From positions 62,001-86,346 of the forward strand of contig JYFJ02001221.1 in NCBI GenBank assembly GCA_000934665.2: DNA of 24,346 nucleotides, in the 5' to 3' direction. Of the stretch, positions 1 to 9,300 are shown one piece after another; position 1 is the stretch's first letter, and every line of letters starts with the position of its first letter. This DNA comes from Catajapyx aquilonaris. Lineage: Eukaryota. A model generated the notes under the pieces. That model did no database searches. It saw nothing but the letters and a program-made list of their open reading frames with translations, and had not been told where the DNA came from. The position numbers were made by a program, and so were the translations under genes.

Positions 1-99
1 TACACAACGTGTTGAGGTGGCAGGTGTGAAGGAGTGGTGCGCTGTATAGGCCACACACATTCACGTACATTCACACAGGAGAAAGGCCGCTGAATAGAG

Positions 100-209
100 A
101 TGTTGAAGAAGAGACGAGATCCTGAGAAGCTGCAGTTCATGTGCTGTGCTTCTTTCGTGGTCGCACTGGAGAAGACATGTCTTAGGACCGCTGGTGACCT
201 CGTCTACAG
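100..209 (+). CDS. LRR gene coding exon 1 (MLKKRRDPEKLQFMCC...LVYR)
   Basis: Open from ATG100 to donor gtcagt at 210 (phase 2); not in the ORF track. Confidence 0.7.
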
Positions 210-2535
210 GTCAGTTATATTTTCATGACTCGCTTCGCCCCTTTCGCGCGCCTTCGGCGCTTGGCATCCCCGCGACTCCGCCCGAATTTTCATGATGAGT
301 CGACACTAGACAGATAACATGATTGCTTGGTGTATATTTTAGAGAGAAGTTGAGGTCATGGGTTTCGACATATGTGCCGTGGTTGTTGCGTCAAGAGCTG
401 TTGTCCGTGGCTCTGAGAGGAGGGAGGCTGTACAATGCGGTGGATCTTCTGTTGCTGGAGCTTCTTCTGGATTCGGATGTGCGAGAGTTGGTCCTGAGAC
501 AGGTGAGAACAGTCACCTTGAATTTCTGCTGACATGTCATTTGCATACTTTTTTCCTGGATCATTTAACTCTCCCGCCTGGGGAATGTTTGTTCATCGAT
601 GATGCCTTCGTCCCGTCGCGTCATTCGAGCGCGAATCCTTCCTTTTGTTGACTCTGGGATTAGATCCTGTCCGTCAGGGACTGGGAGTTACAGATAATTT
701 CGGGGCTTAGGAGGGGAATCCCAATGAGAACATGTTTTCTGACGTCAAATGTTTTTCAACTGTTGTATGGGATAATGATATTTTCACTATCAGTAGGGCA
801 GCACACTTTGCATTCAATAGAAGCTGTCTCATAACTGGAGTTTGACTGACTGTACAGGCTGGACGGGCTAAATAACAATTGTCTCGGGTTGGGGTTAAGT
901 GAGTTCATTTGGTCTTCCCAAAATCTTGCAATGTGCTGTGCGTAATTAGTAACCTTTATAATTAGAAATTAGGCTTCAGTTCTCTGTCACTTTGAAACAT
1001 TCTTATGTACACTGGTCAACAGGTGAAAATATGTAGCACTTGCCTCTGGTACAATAGAAGAAAAATTCGAGTCAAAATTTATCTATGTTAGTTACATAAG
1101 TTTTGCACCTGGTATGGTGCTTTTGCATAACATTGCAGTATAAGATGGGTAGAAGTCTTTATGGAAACATGTTGGATAACTACATTTTTCTCATGTAACT
1201 TATTCATCGAAAAATGTCAGAGCTGTCATAGTGTGAAGGATATTGTTATCACTGGCTTGACAAACAATTATACAACCCTCACAAATTATTCAATTAGGCA
1301 TACTTCAAAGTTCATTATTGTGTTTACATTGCAATGCTACACTGGGGGGAGGGGGTGGGCTAATGTCATTCTTATCAAGTTTGTCGTCATGCCTGACTGT
1401 ATTGTGGATACAATGTATTCACATTTGCGCAACTCAAATGTCTATCTTCCTAATCAGTCAATGAGATATGGTCAACAAGCCCTCTTGAACCTGCAGATTG
1501 AATTCAATGTTAATAATTGTCCTGCAAATGTCAGTGTAAATGTAAATGTTCAGTGTAATCAGTTGGCCAAGAATCAGTCGACACAATAAATGGCCACATG
1601 CTCCTAAAAATAACATAAGTCGTTAATAATAAATTCTAATCAGCTTACTTTATCAGAAGTGTTTCAAGTTCGAGGTTGCTCTAAATGAACCTTTAACAGA
1701 AACACTCAATATCCTGTGTTTTAAAAATGTTCAGTACCACTCAGCTGTCAAAAGATGTCTTTAAAATGTTTGTACGTCAGTCACATATTCATAATGTAAG
1801 TACCATGACTGAAGGCTCTATGACTCTCAACTCTGGCGATTTCTCATAGTCCAGAGCTTTAATGTGGGATGCAATTTGCTCACAACTTTCTCCACTTTGC
1901 TTCAGGTTCGACCATTCTATTGGACCTCATTCTTGTCAATAGTGGCCAGATATGGTGGGGGACTGGAAACTCTTTCCCTGGAGGATTCAGGTGGAACTCC
2001 AGGTCCAATCCTGGGCCCAACCCTCTCATCTCTCCAACACCTACAGTATCTTACTCTCCGATTTGTTGCGGACGATACCTGCCTTGCTACCTTGGGGTAT
2101 AACTGCCACCATCTCCAGTCATTGGATGTCTCCAGCTCACTGTCTGTTACTGATTCCGGCCTCCGACTCCTGTGTTTATGGACACCACCTCCTCCCGACC
2201 ACAACACTTTGGACAACACTGAGTTGCAACACAACTGTTGGGGGGTGAAGCAGGGTGAATCCATAAAAAAGGAGAGCTGCTTTGACCTGGTGAATGTGTG
2301 CTTGCAGCCTCTTATAAACAATGCAATTGGAGAAGCTGATGGCCAGTCCTGGAAGCGCCGACCATCCTGGTGGAGGCAGTCTCTCCTCAAGAGAGCCAAA
2401 AAGAATCCATGCTGTTCCTCACTGCTGAAGATTAACTTGAATGCAACCCAAGTTACTTGCGGTGGGCTACACATTATTTCAGCATGCGTTCCTTCTGCTG
2501 TAGTTCTCACTACCATAAAGTCAAGACATTTGTGA
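100..2535 (+). CDS. Uncharacterised BC-box/Cul2-box (VHL-box-like) leucine-rich-repeat protein, ~299 aa; exons 100-209, 343-502, 1906-2535
   Basis: ATG100 has an in-frame TGA at 91. Splice sites ag|gtcagt (210), tttag| (342), cag|gtgaga (503) and ctttgcttcag| (1905) give matching phases (2, 0). The joined CDS is 900 nt. The protein has N-terminal PEKLQFMCCASF and VPWLLRQEL motifs and cysteine-containing LRRs (LQYLTL, CHHLQSLDVSSSLSVTDSGL, CSSLLKINLNATQVTCGGL). Confidence 0.75.
229..285. mobile_element. 57-bp GC-rich micro-insertion flanked by 10-bp direct repeat ATTTTCATGA
   Basis: attttcatga at 219-228 and 286-295; internal gcgcc-ttc-ggcgc hairpin and three TTCG motifs. Confidence 0.55.
343..502 (+). 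CDS. LRR gene coding exon 2 (EKLRSW...RELVLRQ)
   Basis: Inside ORF 323-532; acceptor tatattttag, donor gtgaga. Confidence 0.75.
1906..2535 (+). CDS. LRR gene terminal exon (VRPFYW...SRHL*)
   Basis: Inside ORF 1864-2535; strong pyrimidine tract and acceptor at 1905 (an alternative in-frame cag at 1854 is possible); F-box/LRR-type repeats. Confidence 0.8.
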   Translation, partial: VRPFYWTSFLSIVARYGGGLETLSLEDSGGTPGPILGPTLSSLQHLQYLTLRFVADDTCLATLGYNCHHLQSLDVSSSLSVTDSGLRLLCLWTPPPPDHNTLDNTELQHNCWGVKQGESIKKESCFDLVNVCLQPLINNAIGEADGQSWKRRPSWWRQSLLKRAKKNPCCSSLLKINLNATQVTCGGLHIISACVPSAVVLTTIKSRHL

Positions 2536-2768
2536 GTTTTGGTTTGGAGCCATTCATACGCCATGTAATGCATTTGTGAGAGGAAGTGTGGAAATGAGTT
2601 CATGGCAAGCATACGTGCTCACTGTAATAAGCAGCTGATAGGAATGGATGAAGACTGGAAAAGCTATGCAGAATTGGAATGCTGAAATCAGCATGGGCTA
2701 GTCAACAACTTTCAAATATAAGTCCATATGGTGCAATCTTTTGGCTAGGACCACAAATCTCTCAAGGA

Positions 2769-2774
2769 TTTATT
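2769..2774 (-). terminator. Probable poly(A) signal of ATP5MK
   Basis: AATAAA on the minus strand ~67 nt after the stop. Confidence 0.6.
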
Positions 2775-2840
2775 CCAGCAAGTATCATGACAGCTAATGA
2801 AATCCTATGTACAAGAAATTTTAGAAATTTCAACAGCATC

Positions 2841-2915
2841 TTATGCCTTCTTCTTGGGCTTCAGGTACATGAAGAGGAGGAGAGATCCGACAATGGCATA
2901 AGTTGCCTTAGCAAC
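2841..2915 (-). CDS. ATP5MK: ATP5MK coding exon 2
   Basis: 24 codons plus TAA; encodes the hydrophobic TM helix and KPKKK. Confidence 0.93.
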   Translation of the reverse strand, partial: VAKATYAIVGSLLLFMYLKPKKKA

Positions 2916-4012
2916 CTGTAAAGAAGACCAAGTCAAACATTAGCAGTAATCTCACTTGGACTTTGATACCAGTAGTCTTTGAATGGTAGAGCCATTGTTA
3001 CCATTGTCATATTGATATCCATACTTAGATTCCTGCTATTATAGTGTGCTGACAACTGTCAAAAAAGATCCTGCCACAATGCACCATGAAAAACAAAAGT
3101 TTCTCTGTATTTGAACTCAACAGGTGCTGCAGCAATGTGCTTCTATTTCTTTGTTGGTTTTAAAAAATTTGCCATTTTAAAAGTTCACTTTGAAAAGGTC
3201 ATTACTGTGATATGTTGTAAAATGAAGGGTCATAATATGGGGCTTTCCAGCATAGGATTCAAGGTGCTGTACAGATAATTTTGTATAATATTTAAAAATA
3301 AAAGTGAAAATCTTTTTTTAACCTTCTAGTTAGTCACCATTGTCACTCAATAGCATTGCCTTACGTCCCACAGGTAAACATGAACCATAATTTAAAATAA
3401 GGCAGAATCCAAAGTATACCCCAAGAGAGAAGACATTCATGTGCAAATTATATGCCTCTCTTCTCAACAGATAAAATTTAAGTACTGTAAATGCAAGACT
3501 CTCCCCTTCCTATTTAGCATCATACAGTGAATCCTGTCTTCCAAGTAGCTGATATTTGTTATAGGTATGCTGTACATAAATGTGTTCATTAGAGAAGATT
3601 TCAAAGAAATTGACTGATTCTGATTCCTTCAGTTCACAATGCAAGACTGGCCTTAACAGAAGTAATATTCTATACTTCACAGCAATTTGAGACTAACTTG
3701 TAAGAAATAAACATGGGCCTAGAAGCACAGCTATGAAACTTGGGACCTGGACTGTTCAATTCTGTCCTTCCTGCCACCTGCATGTGTGGGCTTTTAACAA
3801 TAAAAATTTGCCAATCTGGGATGGACAACATGCGTACAAGTATTCCCTCCTCACACGATGACTGGAACATGTCAATAATGTGCAGGTTCTGAGTTATTGT
3901 GGTGACCGTAAATAAAGAAAGGCTTCCTTACATTTGCCCGCCCCCTGATGGTGGTACCATTGAAGTGCTTGGACAGGCCCTTGAACTGTGAACCTTCAAC
4001 TTCTCCAGCCAT
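2841..4012 (-). CDS. ATP5MK: ATP synthase membrane subunit K / DAPIT (USMG5; Drosophila Neb-cGP-like), 51 aa; coding exons 4012-3932 and 2915-2841
   Basis: Spliced translation MAGEVEGSQFKGLSKHFNGTTIRGRAN|VAKATYAIVGSLLLFMYLKPKKKA* matches the DAPIT signature (GxxKxFNxxTxxGRxN-xxxATY, TM helix, basic tail). Canonical GTAAGG donor and CTTTACAG acceptor, phase 0. Confidence 0.95.
3297..3302 (+). terminator. Candidate poly(A) signal of the LRR gene
   Basis: First canonical AATAAA seen after stop 2535, followed by T-rich sequence. Confidence 0.4.
3932..4012 (-). CDS. ATP5MK: ATP5MK coding exon 1 (exon begins at 4022)
   Basis: Acceptor tatttcag 10 nt before the ATG; 27 codons. Confidence 0.93.
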
Positions 4013-4159
4013 TGCTCACTCCCTGAAATAATAAAACAGCATCATCATATTTCAAGTTCACTTACTACAATGATCCATTTACATTACCACCAATTTTATT
4101 ACATTACTACCATTTATGCCACTCTCTTGCTGCTTCTAGTGATAAAAGCACCTAAGCTA

Positions 4160-4449
4160 CTGTGCCCTGGTCACATGTGAAACAAGTCTCGGACAACTCT
4201 CCAGTGATACCACAAGAAACGAGCATCAATTGCCCAGATGACACACCTGATGTTGTTGATGTCATGCCCTTCTTGCAACGTATGGGTTTGGGGTTGAAGA
4301 TGGGCATAGCATAAATTACACCATGTTCTGCTCTAGTTTGAGGACATCTGTTGCAACAACGGTGTGAACGATGGAGACTGTTGATCACACCGGATATTTT
4401 CCCATCAGGAAAACGATTGCAAGTTATTTATGTCACATCTGATCAGGGC
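4160..4449. mobile_element. Candidate degenerate hAT-like MITE in ATP5MK intron 1
   Basis: 17-bp inverted repeats (15/17) at 4164-4180 and 4433-4449; 8-bp direct repeat CTAAGCTA at 4152-4159 and 4450-4457. Confidence 0.45.
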
Positions 4450-5000
4450 CTAAGCTATGGTCCCCAAACAAACATGATGGGAGCCAAGTAGTCTCCTAAA
4501 AATCACGTAAGGTTCACACAATTCCTTCCGACTTGGCTTTGAGCCACATCCCATATTGGGCTTTTATACATAGTTGCACAGTGTACAATTTGTTTGCAAA
4601 ACATTACTGGCGACAGTTTTGTTATAGCAATTGCTGCTTCCAATGTGACCAAAAATCATTCAGCTAGCCCACATAGTAAACCAATTTACACAATTTATCG
4701 CCCACATCAGGTTCTGCACTCACGATCTTTGACGCCTTGCATTGGGAATGTCGCCAACTTGAAAAAATTTGCCACTACCAATTTTTTTCAGGAGACATGA
4801 CCGACTCTACATTATTGCGACCTTCCTTTGACTTCATTATTCTGGATCTTATCTGCTGCAATGGAATCAGGGCATTCCATTTACAAGTCATACTCATGTA
4901 ATTATTCCCTACACACACACAAGTGGAGTGATAAGCTACCGTCACGAATACCGGACACTTCGGGAGGTACTGCAACCTCCTGCCCGATCCTAGTTCTCAC

Positions 5001-5070
5001 CTCTTCAGAGTTATATCACCCAGAATTTTGCAAATGTAATAATCCGGAATAGGTGAAGAGGGCGAAGGGA
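5001..5070 (-). other. ATP5MK: Probable non-coding first exon of ATP5MK (5' end approximate)
   Basis: Donor GAG|GTGAGA at 5000; pyrimidine-rich start region CTTCCCTTCGCCCTCTT; no upstream ATG. Confidence 0.6.
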
Positions 5071-5450
5071 AGTGACGTCACGGATACAGGGCTCGGTTCC
5101 AAATAAAGTGTGAGCAGATGAATATGGTGGAAGATAGTCGCTATAAAAATCAATTTAAATTGATCTTAAAACTAGATAATATATCAATAAACGGTTATAT
5201 ATATTTTTTCTTATAAAACTACTAGTTATAAGTTTCGAGCTGCACTTTTGTCTGACAACCCTTCCAATGAAATATGGCCGCCGCTGACCATGCTTTCGGA
5301 AGATTTGGCGTCTGAAAAGCAAGCTGAAAAGTGACCGTACGGAGAGGAAGCTTCTGTGCACGTGAGCCAGGTAGTGCGGCCAAGTAGAGGAGCAACCAGA
5401 GATTTCTTGAAGGGCTGTTAGAAGGGCAGATAAATGAATGGAGAGGAAGC
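5060..5450. promoter_or_regulatory. Bidirectional promoter shared by ATP5MK and RRP5
   Basis: CpG-enriched segment between divergent genes. GGAAGTGACGTCAC (ETS+CRE) 5068-5081, YY1-like AATATGGCCGCC 5271-5282, E-box CACGTG 5359-5364. Confidence 0.65.
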
Positions 5451-6100
5451 AGAGTGTTGATAACATGAGTTCAACACGCAGGCAGTGTTTGGAAAAACTC
5501 TTTGAAGGGTTTTGGGGGTTTTGGGTAAATACTGCGAAAGCTGGTACAAATTTAGGTAAAATTTATGCGCGTAATGGAAAAGTCGAGAAGTTGTAATTTT
5601 TAAAAAGTCCATAGCATTAGCGTAATCAGTGAGTATGCATGGGGCCCTGCAAATCACTGAAAATAGGTCAACTGCACACCACTGTTTGTTGGGTAGTCGT
5701 AGGCCTACATGTTAATTAGTCATCATGATGTTGCGGCAGCAATAGTGCAGTAGTGAAATATAGTTTTATTGCCATTTTTGAGCAGTTGGTTTTTTTCGTT
5801 GCCAAAAACACTTGAAAATAAGTTCTTCCATTTTTCCCTTTCTGTGTAAGCAAGAGAGTAAAAGGAGTCTCATTGATTGCCCAGCAAGAAAGCTGATGTG
5901 TGAATATTCTAATGAGGAAAATTGTTAATCTTTATCATATGACAGTTGCCCACTACCTTTGAAAGTTAATGAAATACTACATGGGTGCCTAATTTATTGT
6001 CAAAGTGTGACTGTTCTATTACCGGTAATGTTCAGTTGTTTTCCTAGCATGATATTAGTGACTAAGTTGTTGTTATTTCAGGTTTTGATAGAGCAGAGTT

Positions 6101-6334
6101 ATGGCAGTTAAAAGGGAAGTCGACTTTCCCCGTGGTGGGGTACGGAAGAAGCTGAAGACTGAGGTCAAAGTGCAGCAAAAGAAGGACAAGGATCTATTCC
6201 AGGTGGAAAAGCCAGGTGCTGGGAAGGAGAAGAAAGTTAAGAAGAGGAAGACAAGCAAGGAGAAGGAAAGCAAAGATGACTCGGGATTTAAGATGGCCTC
6301 AAAGATTACTCAAGTTGAGCAGTTGGATTATGTT
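6101..6334 (+). CDS. RRP5: RRP5 coding exon 1 (exon starts 6082)
   Basis: Acceptor ttatttcag 6081; DFPRGG; donor gtaagt 6335. Confidence 0.92.
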
Positions 6335-9300
6335 GTAAGTATGCAGCACATTTTCATGAGCTCAAAAAAGAAGGGCAATGTTTTAAACCAGGGACTGCCC
6401 CTCTAGTAATTCCCGTTACATAGTTGTACTGTGGAGTTGGGACTACCTGACCTCTATTATCTGACATTCTGCATTATCTGGCACAGCCATGCAAGATACT
6501 ACTCTACTATTGTTTCACTTCGTTGATTTGAAATTCACTACTAGTTTACATGACATGCAGGATGGTCGGTAAATGGTGCACAAGGTTCAGGTAGTGAGAT
6601 TCTTTGTGAAAAACCGGCATATATGAAAGTGAAGGTCCTAGTGCTCTACGATCTATCACAATCTATCACGAGGCCTCCGAAAGTTGGAGCCAAATTGTGA
6701 TGTCACAATCATCTGCCAGTGACATTCAAAAGCAACTGCATCGCTACTGTATACGCCTCGTTGCTAGGTGTTGCCAGATGTTGCCATGTCGCTGTCCCAC
6801 GCATTCCCACCTAACACTCTTGAACCTTATAAACATGTGGGAATATGGGGGCATGGCAGTTCCTGGCAACATCTGGCCACACCTGGCAATGAGGCGTATA
6901 CAGTAACGATACAGTAGTGTTTGAATTTCGCGGGCAGACGGGATGTCACGATTTGGCACCAACCTTGGAGGCCTCATGAGCGATAATCACGCATCGTAGA
7001 GCAATTGGATCTTCACTTCCATATACTGGTTTTTCACAAGGAATTTTGTATGTGAAGCTTGAGCGCCATTTACCGACCACCCTGCATAATTATATTTCTT
7101 TAAGAATAATTATTGATCTGTATTATTTGGGTTGCAGGGAAGAACAGTAATAGTGAATTTGATTAAATCCTTGGATATTTAATTTACAATTTGTTCTACA
7201 CTCCTTTCCACCTGTTCCATTGTAACCTTGTCTTTGTGGTGAACTGCCAGTTTCAACTCCTATTCTTCTCTACTTCTCTCAGTCACGAGCTCCATGAGCC
7301 TCCTGGTATTAATTGCCTGGGTTCCCACAATAAACCGACAAATTCAAACCATTCTCATTTTGTTTACATTATTGGGATTCTGCAACACTTATGATGATGG
7401 TAGAATAATAAGTATTACAAGTGGCACATTGGAACACATGATCAGTAGGTAACAAGGGTGAGAGCGAAAAGCAACATGGCAACACACTGACTCTTGACTA
7501 GTTTTGCAAAATCAAAAGCAAATGAGATAGATTTTCTTGGGATTGTCACTCCACACATTGGTACTTCCAGAGCAGAAGTCCAAATGTGGAAGGTGTAGAA
7601 TTGTGCAAAATGATAATAATTTTTGACATAACTGAAAGAGGTTAATGACTGAAAATAATGAGAAAAAAATGACACAGTTGTGCCATAATAATGATAATCA
7701 TTGCTGTCATTTAAAGCAGGCCTGGGTGTTATCTGTGGTACATTGAACATCAATGTGTCATATTTTCAGAATGAGGCTGCAGCATTGTAAATGAAGCTCG
7801 TAGTTTTCAATTATAGCACTGTCAAAGCTGTAAATTCTATGCAATACATATATTTTTTAAATCAATCTCAGTATTTGTTTGATAAGCTCCCTTAGTTTCT
7901 GTACTCCTTTGAATTTTATGACTGTAAATAGGAAACAGATTTGAAAATTGCTGAGCTTTAACCTACTTATTGTGTCACATTAGTGTTACATTTTAAAAAT
8001 GGAATCTTGCAATCATGTGACTAGTCATTTTATACCAGAAATGTACAAGGTTGATCAATTTATTCCAGCACTTGAGCCCTGGGATGCTGGTTTTGGGTTG
8101 CATCCAAGAAATTGGTGATTATGGATTGAAGGTTTCCCTCCCTGGCCGCCTGCAGGGTCAAGTTTCCATTGCAAGCATATCTCAGCCATACAAGGCACAG
8201 CTTGAGAAGATTGCAGAAGGAGACGATTCTGACAATGTAAGTGACATTACTGTTTTAATACCTGCTTGTGAATCAGAGTTTTAAACTCAATGAAATTCCT
8301 CAATTATGCTTCCCTTGCCATGTTGCATTGAAATAATGTGTAAGTGTTGTTCTGGCAAAGTAATGGTATTGTCAGGTTAATTTTGTTTGCATTTTTTCAG
8401 GATGTAAATGACTTAAAGACAATGTTTCGGATAGGCCAGAAAGTTGCGTGCAAAGTTGTGAGTGTGACTCGAGTTGACACAAAGCATGATGTGACTCTCA
8501 CACTTTCACCAGAGGAAGTGAACCAAATGCATAATCCTTACACACTGAGGAAGGGAATGCACATCATTGCTGCAATTAAGAGTGTGGAAGACCATGGATA
8601 TGTAATGGACCTTGGCGTTAAGGGAACCAATGCATTTCTGGCCTCAAACGACGCAAAAGGCTACGTTGAGCACTGGAAGTTTGAGACTTTGAGTGTTGGC
8701 CAATTGCTTCCATGTGCTGTGTTGAAAGTGGATGCATCAGACTCAGCAGCTGTGGTGACACTCACAGCTAATCCAAAGAAGGTGGAGAAGACAAGGATCG
8801 CTGAAGATGCAGATGTGAAGGTCCACTTGCTCCTCCCTGGCCAGCTCATTGATGTCTCCATGCAGAAGGTAATAATTTTTTTTAGTTGCATGAAATGAAA
8901 TATTTTACCCTCCAATTTTTGAAGGTTTGGACTGACTTCACCTTTGTGTTACTGTTAGGGGGACTTATTAATGATAGCAATGGTCCGAACTTTACAAAAT
9001 CATAGTATTTGCATGTACGTTCAGTAATATTCTTATGCTCAGCCCATTACTGTTGCTAAGGTAAACTAGGTAACCTGTTAAAAATCTTGGACCAATTTCC
9101 TATTCCACTGTTTTTCTGCGCATGTGGATTTCTGGAGTACCAGTAATGACTTTTATGGCGGAAGCCAACTAATCTGAAATAAATTGATGGCTCACTAATA
9201 GATAGTCAGATGTGACATTGGCCCTTTGTTAAGAATTAATTTTCTTTCAGGTGCTGAAAGGAGGTCTCCAAGTAAAGGCCTACGGACTGACTGCCTACAT

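Noticed and set aside
1161..1589. 142-aa ORF
   Set aside because: Intronic, AT-rich, no recognisable motif or phase-compatible exon structure.
1917..2612. 231-aa minus-strand ORF (and similar ORFs opposite RRP5 exons)
   Set aside because: Antisense shadows of real exons.
3490..3648. 11-bp direct repeat aatgcaagact, 148 bp apart
   Set aside because: No TIR, tail or compositional shift between the copies; plausibly chance.
6697..6977. Two opposite-strand ORFs with similar peptides (RYCIRL.ARC.QMLP)
   Set aside because: Artefact of the palindromic element.
7391..7490. Possible C/D snoRNA (ATGATGA...CTGA) in an RRP5 intron
   Set aside because: No terminal stem or recognisable rRNA complement. 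Intronic snoRNAs cannot be excluded without Infernal or snoscan.
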